Assembly: GCA_964410915.1 (NCBI GenBank)
Contig: CAYPIU010000005.1
Span: forward strand, 10,834-74,833
Direction of reading: 5' to 3'
DNA length: 64,000 nucleotides
Source of the DNA: an uncultured Synergistales bacterium
GTDB taxonomy: Bacteria; Synergistota; Synergistia; Synergistales; JAFGMB01
In this document: piece after piece, positions 48,140-58,670 of the stretch
Layout: the number at the start of each line of letters is the position of its first letter
Position numbering within the stretch: the first letter of the stretch is position 1
Program-made: the position numbers and the translations under genes
Notes under the pieces: model-generated
What the model was told of the DNA's origin: nothing
Databases searched by the model: none
The model's input: only the letters and a program-made list of their open reading frames with translations

Positions 48140-48225
48140 GCACTAAGGCAGCCCGGCGGTCATGGGTTGTACCTTTAGACCCGTAGCTTTGCGTCACTGT
48201 CTTTTGACAGTTTTGCCATTATCTC
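48140..48225 (-). ncRNA. c-di-GMP-I (GEMM) riboswitch
   Basis: Minus strand: GGCAAA-ACUGUC-AAAA-GACAGU-GACGCAAAGCUACGGGUCUAAAGG...CCCAUGACCGCCGGGCUGCC, about 30 nt upstream of the start codon. Confidence 0.9.
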
Positions 48226-48827
48226 TCAAATCTACATTCTTCAGAACAAAAAAGGAGCAATGAAAAATCTTAAGAAACCTTGCACCCCCCCTTTGAGAGC
48301 GGGACAAACGAATAAGATCTTAAAAAAACTTTATCCAAATCTTTTAGATATGCATTATAGGAATGAATGATCTATAGGAAAAGTATGTAAAAAGGAATGT
48401 AAAAATATGGCGATCGAAAAGAGATTAACGCTATAATCATAAAATTTAGTGAGTAATTATTTAATTTATACTATTAGATGTTTAATATTATTACATAGTG
48501 CTTAAACACATGGATGGGACTTTTAGCCATATTTTAATGGGTATTTAGACTCATTTATGATAAAAGTCGAAGGTTAAAAATATTATTCTTGATCTTTTAA
48601 TTGCAAAAAGGGGGAATAAGTGTGATTTTTTCTCTCTTAGAGATAGTAATTGATCAGCCTGACGGATTAATAAACACGTTCCTGCCGCCATTTTCCGCTG
48701 CATCCCTCTGATAAAAGATTTTTGCAGAGAAAATTGTTTCAGACCCAGTCCGGCTATTAAAATCTCTGCCTTCAGACTCGATGTTCTTCCTGTCAGATCT
48801 GTGGGATCTTTCAGGTAAAAGGGGGAA

Positions 48828-48861
48828 AAAGAGGGCCGGGAAATAATTCCCGGCCCTCTTT
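48828..48861 (-). terminator. Terminator after ilvD
   Basis: 15-bp stem aaagagggccgggaa-ataa-ttcccggccctcttt. Confidence 0.8.
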
Positions 48862-48875
48862 CATATAAGAAAAGA

Positions 48876-50537
48876 CTATTTCTCGAACACGGCTCCTTTA
48901 TTTCCTGAAGTAACAAAATCCCTGTACCTGTTGAGAAAAGAACTATCGATCTTCTGTTCCTGTGGTTTCCAGTTCGATCTTCGTCTTTCTATCTCATTAT
49001 CATCAACAAGAAGATCGATCTTCCTGGAATCAACATCTATTTCTATCATGTCTCCTTCTTCAACGAGAGCAATAGGACCACCGGCAGCAGCTTCCGGGGA
49101 GACATGGCCTATTGATGCGCCTCTTGTAGCACCGGAGAAACGCCCATCTGTTATCAGGGCCACCGAGGTATCAAGTCCCATTCCTGCGATACTGGCCGTG
49201 GGGCCGAGCATTTCCCTCATTCCGGGACCTCCCTTGGGCCCCTCGTATCTTATGATTATTACATCCCCTTCGTTGATCTTTCCATCCCTTATGGCCTGGG
49301 ATGCATCTTCCTCACAGTTGAATACTCTTGCAGGCCCCTTATGCTGCATCATTTCTGGCAGAACTGCGGCCTGTTTTACTACACATCCAAGGGGAGCAAG
49401 AGTACCTTTCAGAACAGCTATACCACCTTGTGCATGATATGGGTCTTCAACGGGACGTATGACGTTATTATCCTTGACAGACGCTGTTGTAAGGTTTTCT
49501 CCAACAGTCATAGTGGTAACAGTTGGAAGATCCCTGTTTATCTTTCCAGCTTCAGCAAGTCTGCTCATTACAGCCTGAACTCCTCCAGCCTTCCAGAGAT
49601 CCTGAATATGATGTTTACCAGCCGGACTCATACTGCATAGATGGGGAGTTTTCTTACCGATATCATCCATATGATCCAGAGTAAGCTCTATCCCGGCTGC
49701 ATGAGCGATAGCCGGTAGATGAAGAGCGGTATTGGTGGAACCGCCAAGTGCCATATCAACAGCTACAGCATTTTCAAAAGCTTCAGCCGTGAGAATATCA
49801 CGAGGTTTAATATCTTTTTCAACCAGGGAAAGGATAATCCTGCCTGCATCCTTTGCTAAACGTTCACGTCCCGCGAACACGGCGGGAATAGTGCCATTTC
49901 CCGGCAAAGCAAGACCGAGGGCTTCCATCATGCAGTTCATTGTATTTGCAGTGAACATGCCTGAACAGGAACCGCATGTGGGGCAGGCAAGATCCTCAAG
50001 CCGCTTAAGCTCGTTATTGTCAATTTTGCCTGTATTGTATTTCCCGACTGCTTCAAACAGTGAACTGAGATCAATATCAGCAGCTTCATCCGGTCCAGCA
50101 AGCATAGGACCGCCGCTTATCACTATAGACGGGATATTGAGATTAGCTGCAGCCATTGCCATTCCCGGAATGATCTTGTCACAATTTGTTACAAGAACAA
50201 GACCATCGATTGCATGAGCCCTTGACATAACCTCTATTGAATCCATTATCAACTCCCTGCTCGGAAGAGAAAATTTCATTCCTTCGTGGTTCATGGCAAT
50301 TCCGTCACAAACTCCGATAACAGGGAATTCCAACGGTAGTCCGCCTCCGGCATAAACACCAGATTTAACAGCCTGGGATATCCTGTTGAGGTGAGTATGT
50401 CCTGGAACAATGGAGTTATAGGCGTTAACAACACCTATCCAGGGTCTCTCGATCTCCCAGTCAGTAAACCCATCTGCCTTAAGCAGAGAACGGTGGGGCG
50501 CTCTTTCAGGACCTTTTTTCGCCCTGTCACTGATCAT
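48876..50537 (-). CDS. ilvD: Dihydroxy-acid dehydratase (IlvD/Edd family)
   Basis: [60 protein letters not shown]. Confidence 0.95.
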   Translation of the reverse strand: MISDRAKKGPERAPHRSLLKADGFTDWEIERPWIGVVNAYNSIVPGHTHLNRISQAVKSGVYAGGGLPLEFPVIGVCDGIAMNHEGMKFSLPSRELIMDSIEVMSRAHAIDGLVLVTNCDKIIPGMAMAAANLNIPSIVISGGPMLAGPDEAADIDLSSLFEAVGKYNTGKIDNNELKRLEDLACPTCGSCSGMFTANTMNCMMEALGLALPGNGTIPAVFAGRERLAKDAGRIILSLVEKDIKPRDILTAEAFENAVAVDMALGGSTNTALHLPAIAHAAGIELTLDHMDDIGKKTPHLCSMSPAGKHHIQDLWKAGGVQAVMSRLAEAGKINRDLPTVTTMTVGENLTTASVKDNNVIRPVEDPYHAQGGIAVLKGTLAPLGCVVKQAAVLPEMMQHKGPARVFNCEEDASQAIRDGKINEGDVIIIRYEGPKGGPGMREMLGPTASIAGMGLDTSVALITDGRFSGATRGASIGHVSPEAAAGGPIALVEEGDMIEIDVDSRKIDLLVDDNEIERRRSNWKPQEQKIDSSFLNRYRDFVTSGNKGAVFEK

Positions 50538-50584
50538 TTAATATTCCTCCTTCATTCTTTATAAATGTTTTCCCTTTTACATAA

Positions 50585-51871
50585 CTACATTATGCCTCCC
50601 CAGAAGATCTGAGGAAGTATCAATGTAATGGAAGGCAAATAAGTCACTATTAGAAGTACAAATATCAGTACAAGTACCATTGGTATTATAGGTTTACTGA
50701 TCTCCTCTATACTTAGGCCCGTTATTGCACTGGCAACATAAATATCGATTGCAACGGGAGGAGTCGCCATTCCTATGGCCAATCCTATGGATATCAGAAC
50801 CCCGAAATGGATAAGGTTACCTCCGAGCTGTGCAATAGTCGGAAGAAAAATAGGTGTAAGTATTATAAGAGCAGATGCCGTCTCCATGAACATTCCAGAG
50901 ATCAGTACTATCACCATTATCATAAAGTAGATCATTATGCTGTTACCACCTGCCAGGCCTATAAGAGTACTGGCAACTGCCTCAGGTACCTGGTAAAAAG
51001 CAAGACCCCATCCAAAGAGTTTTGAAGTAGCTATAATGAACATTATCAGGGAAGAGGTTATTCCTGCTCCCACAACTATTTTATAAAACTTTTTAAAATC
51101 AAGGTTTTTATATACAAAGAACGCTACAAAGAAGGAATAGTCCACCGCAATTGCAGCTGCTTCTGAAGGTGTGAACCAACCCGAAAAAATACCTCCAAGA
51201 ATAATTACCGGCGTCATAAGACCCCATAATGACCTTTTAAACCTTGCCATTTTCTCACTGAAAGAAACTGGATCACTTGCCGGATAGTTTCGTTTTCTGG
51301 CTACATAGAGCGCAAGAGTGATGAGTCCGATCCCCATAAGAGCTCCAGGTATAAAGCCGGCCATAAATAGTTTCGCCACAGATTCTCCTGAAATAACCGC
51401 ATAAAGAACCATGGGGACACTTGGCGGAATAACCACACCAATGGTCCCCGATGCAGCTATAAGGGCAGCTGAAAAATCGACATCATATCCCTTTTCCTCA
51501 AGATCAGGCAGCAGTGCAGAGCCTACTGCAGCTGTCGTTGCTGCACCCGAACCTGAAATAGCAGCTATAAACATGGAAGCTACTGTCGATACTATGGATA
51601 AACCGCCCTTTATTCTACCCAGAGTAGCCTCTGCAAAGGAAATTATCTTTTCCGATATACCTCCCTTGGCCAGAATATCACCAGCGAGTATGAAGAATGG
51701 AACGGCTACGAGAGCAAAAGAGTTGTTGCCCATAAACATCATTTGAGGAACCATCTGAAAGGGCAGATCATTAATTACAAGCACTGAAAAAGCAGAAATA
51801 CCTATAGCAAGACCTATGGGCATCCCCAACAGCATTAAGAGAAAAAAGATACCTCCAAGAAATGCACCCAT
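50585..51871 (-). CDS. dctM: TRAP large permease DctM
   Basis: AVPFFILAG, SGSGAA, IPPSVPMVLY, FTPSEAA, MATPPV. Confidence 0.94.
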   Translation of the reverse strand: MGAFLGGIFFLLMLLGMPIGLAIGISAFSVLVINDLPFQMVPQMMFMGNNSFALVAVPFFILAGDILAKGGISEKIISFAEATLGRIKGGLSIVSTVASMFIAAISGSGAATTAAVGSALLPDLEEKGYDVDFSAALIAASGTIGVVIPPSVPMVLYAVISGESVAKLFMAGFIPGALMGIGLITLALYVARKRNYPASDPVSFSEKMARFKRSLWGLMTPVIILGGIFSGWFTPSEAAAIAVDYSFFVAFFVYKNLDFKKFYKIVVGAGITSSLIMFIIATSKLFGWGLAFYQVPEAVASTLIGLAGGNSIMIYFMIMVIVLISGMFMETASALIILTPIFLPTIAQLGGNLIHFGVLISIGLAIGMATPPVAIDIYVASAITGLSIEEISKPIIPMVLVLIFVLLIVTYLPSITLILPQIFWGGIM

Positions 51872-51873
51872 TA

Positions 51874-52389
51874 TCAGCGCCTCCTGACTACGTCATAAAG
51901 ACCATCTAAAAGATGAATAAGTATCACAATGCCCATACCGGGATACATTAGATATATCCAGAACATTGAAAGTCCCATGGCGGGAGTTGTCTGTGAACCT
52001 TCACTGATCATCATAACCACTCCGTACCATGCCATAACCGCAAAAAAGATTATTCCCAGGATCTGCACAAAAAGGGCGATAAGCTTGTTAAGAACACGAG
52101 GCAGTTTATTGACAAAAAAAGTGATCGCTATATGGCTGCCTCTTTTAAAAGCTATTGAAGCACCTACAAGTGAGGAAAAAACAAGCATAAAACGCGTAAG
52201 CTCCTCAGACCAGATCAGAGCCTCAAAAAAGAATCTGCATATTATCTGCAGCGTTGTAAGAAGTATCATCCCTACTATGAGAATGAAGAGCAAAACTTCA
52301 CTGTACTTGTTGATCCTGTCGCTTAAACCCCGCAGGGGCGATCCAGAAGGACCGCTCCCTGCTGATCTGGTTCCTGTCATAGTTATCAC
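51874..52389 (-). CDS. dctQ: TRAP small permease DctQ
   Basis: WSEELTRF, GSHIAI, four TM segments. Confidence 0.92.
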   Translation of the reverse strand: MITMTGTRSAGSGPSGSPLRGLSDRINKYSEVLLFILIVGMILLTTLQIICRFFFEALIWSEELTRFMLVFSSLVGASIAFKRGSHIAITFFVNKLPRVLNKLIALFVQILGIIFFAVMAWYGVVMMISEGSQTTPAMGLSMFWIYLMYPGMGIVILIHLLDGLYDVVRRR

Positions 52390-52391
52390 TT

Positions 52392-53396
52392 TTATTCAGC
52401 TTTTGTTTCTGCTATGGCCTCAAGAAGATCTTCGCCGAACTGTGAACCGTATTCGTCATAAACCGGCTGTACAGCCTCTCTGAAAGCAGCGAGGTCTGGA
52501 TCTTCTACTACATTCATACCCTGGTCCTTAAGGAATGCAAGCCATTCTTCAGCTTTGTCGTTATCATATTTTCTATTTGCTTCGGCCGCAAGCTGAGCAG
52601 CTTCCTGAACCACTTCCTGCTGTTCGGGAGTAAGTTTATCCCATGAGCGCATACTCATCATGACAACATTGGGAGCATAAGCATGTCTTGTCAGGGAAAG
52701 ATATTCCTGGCTCTCGTAGAGTTTGAAGGCAACGATAACGTTAAGAGGGTTTTCCTGACCATCAATTGTCTTCTGCTGAAGTGCAGTAAGAGCCTCAGTC
52801 CAGGCCATTGGAACCGCATTAGCACCTAGGGTCTTGAAAGTTTTAACATAGATCGGATTCTGCATGAGGCGGACTTTCAGCCCCTCAACATCTGCCGGAG
52901 TTTTCACAGCACGTTTACTGTTGGTAAGATTACGGAAACCTCTTTCACCGTAGGCCAGACCTTTCCATCCCTGATCTTCCAATTTTCCGAGAAGTGTTTT
53001 TCCCACAGGTCCATCAAGAACAGCATAAGCATGGGAAGGACTTCTGAAAAGGAATGGGAGATCAAAAACTCCAAATTCCGGGATGAAGTTTATGATAGGT
53101 CCACTCGTTATGATACCTGCATCCACGACACCCATTTTCATGCCTTCAAGGAGAGCTCTTTCATCTCCAAGTTTTGCATTCGGGAAAATAGTTACGGTAA
53201 CATCTCCATCAGTCTTTTCTTCAACGATTTCCTTGAATTTCAGTGCGCAAACGTGAAAGGCATCTTTTTCATTGACAACATGTGCGATCTTGATATTCGT
53301 GCCTTTCGCCATCGCAACAGGCGCAACAAGGGCAACTGACAGACATACTGCTAATAAAACGATAAGTGCTTTTTTCATAAAAAAACCTCCCTGCAA
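52392..53396 (-). CDS. dctP: TRAP solute-binding protein DctP
   Basis: FPNAKLGDER, GERGFRN, GLKVRLM, ALQQKTIDGQENP. The true start may be a few codons downstream (MKKALIV). Confidence 0.94.
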   Translation of the reverse strand: MQGGFFMKKALIVLLAVCLSVALVAPVAMAKGTNIKIAHVVNEKDAFHVCALKFKEIVEEKTDGDVTVTIFPNAKLGDERALLEGMKMGVVDAGIITSGPIINFIPEFGVFDLPFLFRSPSHAYAVLDGPVGKTLLGKLEDQGWKGLAYGERGFRNLTNSKRAVKTPADVEGLKVRLMQNPIYVKTFKTLGANAVPMAWTEALTALQQKTIDGQENPLNVIVAFKLYESQEYLSLTRHAYAPNVVMMSMRSWDKLTPEQQEVVQEAAQLAAEANRKYDNDKAEEWLAFLKDQGMNVVEDPDLAAFREAVQPVYDEYGSQFGEDLLEAIAETKAE

Positions 53397-53400
53397 TATT

Positions 53401-53424
53401 TTGGTACTACCTTGGTACTACCAA
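53401..53424. promoter_or_regulatory. Tandem FadR-type operator
   Basis: ttggtactacc twice in tandem; the second copy forms the perfect palindrome TTGGT-ACT-ACCAA (TGGT-N3-ACCA consensus) between the divergent dctP and fadR genes. Confidence 0.75.
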
Positions 53425-53515
53425 AGTCTATAGAATTATAGTATTATAACAACAGAATTACAAGAGTCCTTTACATTTATCTCCGATCATAGTTGAGGGA
53501 AAGGTTGGATACTTT

Positions 53516-54205
53516 TTGAAAAACCGAAGACAGAAATTGTCAGAGGAAATAGTCGAACGGATCCGAAAAGGGCAAATCGTACAGGACGGGAAGATGCTTC
53601 CTGAAAGAGAACTTGCGCAGCATCTTGATGTTAGCAGGAATCTTCTTAGAGAGGCACTGGTCATGCTTGAATGTATGAACCTCATAGAGGTAAGGGGAAG
53701 GGAAGGAATATTCGTAAAAGACGGAGATATCCCGAATTTCCATTCCAACCTTGAATCCATAACCCTGTGGCCCGAAAATATGTTGAGAGATCTGATGGAA
53801 ATGAGAGAGATAGTTGAGATCCCGGCTGCAGGGATCGCATCACAGCGAAGAGATAAAACAGATCTCGCAAGAATGAAACAATGTGTGGAAGAACTTGGAA
53901 AGATCTATGAGCATGGCGAAATTGCCTATGGTGATGGAGCAAGATGGGATTCCCTTCTTCACACCGTTATTGTTGAATCTACAAAAAACCCCCTTTTAAT
54001 AAGGGTTTCGGAAGATCTTGCCCAGGTACTGGAAAAATATATTGGACAAAGCAGAGCACTTGTCTTTTCAAGTGGGAGCTGGCCCAAAATAATCCTTGAA
54101 CAGCATAGAAGACTTTATGAGGCGATCAAGAATGGCAACAGGTCAGAAGCAGAAGAGATAGCTTCCAGACATATTAATCTTGCAAAGGAAAAATTTGCAG
54201 GATAA
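53516..54205 (+). CDS. FadR/GntR-family regulator
   Basis: LPERELAQHLDVSRNLLREAL, FCD domain D..LH. Confidence 0.93.
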   Translation: MKNRRQKLSEEIVERIRKGQIVQDGKMLPERELAQHLDVSRNLLREALVMLECMNLIEVRGREGIFVKDGDIPNFHSNLESITLWPENMLRDLMEMREIVEIPAAGIASQRRDKTDLARMKQCVEELGKIYEHGEIAYGDGARWDSLLHTVIVESTKNPLLIRVSEDLAQVLEKYIGQSRALVFSSGSWPKIILEQHRRLYEAIKNGNRSEAEEIASRHINLAKEKFAG

Positions 54206-54287
54206 TGCTCGAGAAATGAAGCCGGAATATCATTCCGGCTTCAAAAAGGACAAATTTAAAACCTACAGCTTTAAAATCCTACCTGAC

Positions 54288-54776
54288 CTACGAAAAAAGG
54301 CCGTTTTTGTCCATTATCTCAACCATCCAGGAGTAAATAGGTATCATTGCATAGGGATTGAGCGAAAATGTGCAGAACATTCCCATGGCTGCAACAGAAT
54401 GAAGGATAGAAAGAATACCTCTGTACTCCTCCCTGTGAGCTATCACCCCAAGGGAAACCTCACAAAGGATAAGCGCGGTCACATGGTATATCCAGACATG
54501 TTCTATACCGGGCAGATGCGTGTAATGGATCGTCCTCAGAACACAATACACGGACCATATGCCAAGCAAATACATCTGGGAAATAGCGATTACGGCCTGA
54601 ACTGAAACTGATGCGATCTTTATATGGGTCCTGTTGAGGCTGTCCTGTTCCTGTGATTCATTCTCCCTGAAGGAATCAATTATAGTTCCCACAAAAGGCG
54701 TTACGTATCTCGAATATGTACTCGAAACTATCCAGGCCCATACCAACATTGGTAAAACAAACTTCAAATAAATCAA
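54288..54776 (-). CDS. Hypothetical membrane protein
   Basis: Four hydrophobic segments; no family recognised. Confidence 0.65.
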   Translation of the reverse strand: MIYLKFVLPMLVWAWIVSSTYSRYVTPFVGTIIDSFRENESQEQDSLNRTHIKIASVSVQAVIAISQMYLLGIWSVYCVLRTIHYTHLPGIEHVWIYHVTALILCEVSLGVIAHREEYRGILSILHSVAAMGMFCTFSLNPYAMIPIYSWMVEIMDKNGLFS

Positions 54777-55008
54777 GAAAGATTTCCCCCCCTGTAAAAT
54801 AAAGACATATTCCCTATTTTATTCTAACAAAAGATCTGAAAAATATTTCATATACTCTGAAGATTCATTTCTGAAAAAGAACAAAGTTCGAACCAGAACA
54901 TATATACGATAAACGATCTCTCAAATTGCACAGGATTAGAACTCATTAAAAAAAGGAAGATCAATTGATCCTCCTTCTTTCAGACCTTTATATTTTATGA
55001 TCATGTGT

Positions 55009-55377
55009 TCAAGATATGGGAAGTTCCTTTGTATGTCCTTCTTCGTCAGTAAAACGTGCTATCAGCATATTTTCTTTTCCTGTGACCAGTTCTCTGAAAT
55101 GAGAGCACTTGCCCTCTATTTTGTACTCTCTTGCATCCCCTCTTGTACAGGCATCAAGTTTTTCTCTGCACATCGGGCAATTAAAGGAAATGCATCTGTC
55201 TCCAACAGCAGATAGATCCACAGGTACTTCTTCTCCGAAATCATTTGCGAATATAACAATGTTCTCTAATTCGTCGACCCTTTCAAAATGATCGCACCCC
55301 TGCTTAACATTACCTGGACCACTTCCCTGACTGATATTCCCACATATGGGGCATTCAACTTTAAGATACCTTCTCAT
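55009..55377 (-). CDS. Small Cys-rich protein with an internally duplicated CPxC...CxH unit
   Basis: CPIC..CDHF and CPMC..CSHF; GGGGG RBS. Confidence 0.75.
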   Translation of the reverse strand: MRRYLKVECPICGNISQGSGPGNVKQGCDHFERVDELENIVIFANDFGEEVPVDLSAVGDRCISFNCPMCREKLDACTRGDAREYKIEGKCSHFRELVTGKENMLIARFTDEEGHTKELPIS

Positions 55378-55506
55378 ATCTGATCCCCCCTATCAAAAAA
55401 GCTTACCCCCGGATTGTTTTTCCCTTACCTTTGGATTTAGTATATCACGCTGCTAAATCACCGCAAGAGAGACCGACGCTAAAGGCTGAAATTAGAGAGA
55501 AATTAT

Positions 55507-56463
55507 TCATATGATCTTACCAGTATCAGATCTATCCTTAAGAGAAAGATCTATTATGTGATCAAGAAAAGATGAAAAAGAATATCCTGCAGCTTTTGCT
55601 GCTTTTGGTACCAGGCTGGTACCTGTCATTCCAGGAACTGTATTAACTTCGAGTATGAAAGGATTACCATGAGCATCAAGACGAATATCCACTCTGGCAT
55701 ATACACTGCAGCCAAGTGCCGAGAATGCAGCATTCGAAGCATTTTCAACAACCCTGAGAATATCCGGGGAAAGATCAGCTGGAGCGTTATATCTGCTTTT
55801 TCCCGATGTATACTTTGCTTCATAGGAATAAAAGCCACCTGCCGGTATGATCTCAACCACGGGCAGACTTCTATTTTCTAAACCATCACCTACAACAGTC
55901 ACTGTCAATTCCCTGCCTGGAATATATTTTTCCACCAGAACAGAATCATCATAATAGAATGCCTTTGAAAGTGCATTCCGGAAAGATTTCTCGTCATTAG
56001 CGTCTATGATCGATATCCCTATGGTACTTCCGCAGGAATTGGGTTTAACTACTATCTTTGCTTCTCCATCAAATCCAAGGCCTGAAAGGTCAGGAATGCC
56101 TTCTCGTTTTCTCAAAAGAATGGCAGGAGGAACCGGAACATTATATGCCTGAAAAAGAATTTTACTTCTCCATTTGTCCATTGCCATGCTGCAGGCAGAG
56201 CATGGAGAACCCGAGAAAGGAATATCCGCGCCCTCAAGTACAGCCTGGATCCTTCCATCTTCGCCCCAGTCACCGTGAAGTGCTATAAAAAAGATATCTG
56301 CCTCATAGTTATGAAGGTTTTTTATGAGTTCACTCATACTTGGAACTTCCCAGAGGATCACACTGTGTCCGCCCTCCCGTAATGCTTCTCCAACCTCTCT
56401 TCCACTCCTGATGGAAACATCTCTTTCACAACCATCTCCACCATATACAACTACAATCTTCAT
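55507..56463 (-). CDS. ddl: D-alanine--D-alanine ligase
   Basis: GGDGCERDVSIRSG, ALHGDWGEDG, KPNSCGST, FYSYEAKY, ARVD, EVNTVPGMT. Start set at ATG 56463. Confidence 0.93.
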   Translation of the reverse strand: MKIVVVYGGDGCERDVSIRSGREVGEALREGGHSVILWEVPSMSELIKNLHNYEADIFFIALHGDWGEDGRIQAVLEGADIPFSGSPCSACSMAMDKWRSKILFQAYNVPVPPAILLRKREGIPDLSGLGFDGEAKIVVKPNSCGSTIGISIIDANDEKSFRNALSKAFYYDDSVLVEKYIPGRELTVTVVGDGLENRSLPVVEIIPAGGFYSYEAKYTSGKSRYNAPADLSPDILRVVENASNAAFSALGCSVYARVDIRLDAHGNPFILEVNTVPGMTGTSLVPKAAKAAGYSFSSFLDHIIDLSLKDRSDTGKII

Positions 56464-56530
56464 TAGCGAATATCCGCACCATTCATGATAGTTTTCCCGG
56501 AGAATCGAATATCTACCGGGATGAAAAATA

Positions 56531-56558
56531 AAGCCAGTGGCAATTATACCACTGGCTT
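56531..56558 (-). terminator. Hairpin/terminator between ddpX and ddl
   Basis: aagccagtgg-caattata-ccactggctt with a U-rich tail on the minus strand; the loop overlaps a TGGTATAAT extended -10 facing ddl. Confidence 0.55.
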
Positions 56559-56592
56559 GCAAGAGAATATTTAAAAAATTACATAGTTTAAA

Positions 56593-57360
56593 CTAAAAAT
56601 TCTTTTTCCACCTTAAGAACGGATGGATAACTCCGTAAAAAGCAGTTACATCCTGAGACTTACTCAGATAGGCCCAATTCTGATTACCATAATCGAAATG
56701 CCACCACTCTTCAGGATAATTTGTAAATCCTGCATTGATCATAGTGTGATAGAGAATCCGCCTGTTTTCAAGGGCTGAACTTTCTCTTTCATTCAGGTCT
56801 ATGCCTTCTGCAAGTTTTTTTTCGTAATAACACGTTTGGGACGTCTCTGAAGTTTGATCAAATATTGTCCCCATTTCGAGAAACAATCCTCTCTGGTCAA
56901 CCATGGATATATCAACCGCACCACCAGTAATGTGAGGAGATGGACAGGAGGATACACTCGACGGATGCGCCACGAATCTTGCTGTCAAGTCCTCGAGTTC
57001 CTTAGCTTTAACACCTGGACACTTACTTTTCAATTCTTCCCTGTAAGATACAAACAGAGACTCCTGAACTTTTTCCGGCCTCCAGGCATCCATAATAACA
57101 ATTTTAAAAATATCCGGCAGATCTTCCGCTGCTTCATGGAGCCGAACAAACGCGCCCTTCCTTAGGAAACATTCGGGTAAAGCCCCATCGATCCCCTGAA
57201 GAAAATACTGGGGACTTACTGTCAACTTCCCTCCAGTCAAGCTTGTCTGGACTAAGGGTTCCCCTGATTCCTCGATCCTTAAAGACCTGACCTGCTCCCA
57301 GTTCCATGAATTACACTCAGGTATCGGTTTATTTCTGAAACTTTCCATCTTATTCTTCAA
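56593..57360 (-). CDS. ddpX: D-Ala-D-Ala dipeptidase (M15D, VanX/DdpX family)
   Basis: DAWRP, SPHITGGAVD (SxHxxGxAxD), EEWWHFDYG; no signal peptide. Confidence 0.9.
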   Translation of the reverse strand: MKNKMESFRNKPIPECNSWNWEQVRSLRIEESGEPLVQTSLTGGKLTVSPQYFLQGIDGALPECFLRKGAFVRLHEAAEDLPDIFKIVIMDAWRPEKVQESLFVSYREELKSKCPGVKAKELEDLTARFVAHPSSVSSCPSPHITGGAVDISMVDQRGLFLEMGTIFDQTSETSQTCYYEKKLAEGIDLNERESSALENRRILYHTMINAGFTNYPEEWWHFDYGNQNWAYLSKSQDVTAFYGVIHPFLRWKKNF

Positions 57361-57378
57361 CCAGGAAAACCTCCTGTG

Positions 57379-58668
57379 TTACAGATTAAGAAGTCCGGGT
57401 ATAAAAGTACATATTACGGGAAAGGTTATAAGTATGAGAAGAACGATCATAGCTACACCTATGAACGGCCATATTACCCTGAATACATCTCCTAGTTTTA
57501 CTTTGCCGACAGCAGCCACAATGTAGTTACACGCACCCATGGGTGGAGTTATTAGCGCAATAGTAACGTTAAGGGTCATTACAATACCGAAATGGAAAGG
57601 ATTAATTCCTGCCTTAATGGCTAAAGGCGCAAAGATCGGAGTAAGAAGTGTCAGGGTTGAAACCTCTTCCATGAACATACCCACCGGAAAGATTATCGCA
57701 CTCAGGACAACCATGAGAAGCCATGGTGTCTCGATAAGACCTGATTGAATTATAATTGCCGCAAATTTCTGGGGGATCTGCTCCCATTTGAGAAGCCACC
57801 CTATTACTGTAGCTGCACCCATGATAAGAAATATCGAGCTGGTAAGTCTTACTGTCTCATATATGGATTCGGCGAGAGATCTGAGACTAAGCTGTCTTGT
57901 ATATAAGAAACCTGCCACAAGACAGTAAGCTGAACCTAAAGCGCCTGACTCTGTAGGAGTTACTACCCCGGTTACTATTCCTCCAATTATTATTACTGGT
58001 GCAACAAGAGCAACTCCGGATCTCAGAAGGATTTTTCCTGCCTGTTGTCTTGCTTCCCTGAAATCTGAAACTGGGACATCATATTTTCTGGAAAAATACC
58101 AGTTCATGATCATGAAGGCCAGCCCAAGGACAAGTCCAGGTAACAATCCTGCTGCAAAAAGCCCTCCAATGGAAGTATTTGTCATGGTGGCATAAATGAT
58201 CATAAAGATACTTGGAGGTATTATGGGACCGATCAGCGAACTACTGGCAGTAAGACCTGCAGAATATGAAGGAGGAAACCCTTCCTTTACCATAGCGGGA
58301 ATAAGAATGGAGCCCAGTGCAGATGCATCAGCCGCAGCAGATCCATTCACCCCTGCAAGGATAATTCCTCCCACTACATTCACATAACCGAGACCCCCCC
58401 TTACCGACCCAACTATCAACCTGCTGAAATCAAGCATACGGTCAGTAAGACCGGATCTGTTCATAAGGATCCCTGCAAAAATGAAAAAAGGGATCGCCAT
58501 AAGGGAGAAAATATCCATACCACCATAAAACTGCTGAGCCATAACACCAAGGATGGACCAGTCCCCAAGGATCGCTATTCCAATAAAAGAGCTTGTAAGA
58601 AGAGAAAGATAAAGAGGAACACCAAGGATCATCAGGGTAAAGAAAGAAAGCAGCATTGTTATGCCCAT
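57379..58668 (-). CDS. dctM: TRAP large permease DctM
   Basis: AIPFFIFAG, GSAAADA, IIPPS, TPTES, ITPPMG. Start set at ATG 58668. Confidence 0.93.
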   Translation of the reverse strand: MGITMLLSFFTLMILGVPLYLSLLTSSFIGIAILGDWSILGVMAQQFYGGMDIFSLMAIPFFIFAGILMNRSGLTDRMLDFSRLIVGSVRGGLGYVNVVGGIILAGVNGSAAADASALGSILIPAMVKEGFPPSYSAGLTASSSLIGPIIPPSIFMIIYATMTNTSIGGLFAAGLLPGLVLGLAFMIMNWYFSRKYDVPVSDFREARQQAGKILLRSGVALVAPVIIIGGIVTGVVTPTESGALGSAYCLVAGFLYTRQLSLRSLAESIYETVRLTSSIFLIMGAATVIGWLLKWEQIPQKFAAIIIQSGLIETPWLLMVVLSAIIFPVGMFMEEVSTLTLLTPIFAPLAIKAGINPFHFGIVMTLNVTIALITPPMGACNYIVAAVGKVKLGDVFRVIWPFIGVAMIVLLILITFPVICTFIPGLLNL

Positions 58669-58670
58669 AT

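Noticed and set aside
48140-48225. 3'3'-cGAMP (GEMM-Ib) riboswitch
   Set aside because: The position equivalent to nt 20 is G (GGCAAA), not A.
48551-48916. 121-aa minus-strand ORF downstream of ilvD
   Set aside because: It overlaps the ilvD end, runs through its terminator, lacks an RBS and has no protein-like motifs.
55507-57360. ddl + VanX-like gene as a vancomycin-resistance cluster
   Set aside because: The ligase keeps the D-Ala-D-Ala-type omega loop (FYSYEAKY, Tyr retained). No vanH, vanR/vanS or vanY is adjacent, and a hairpin separates the two genes.
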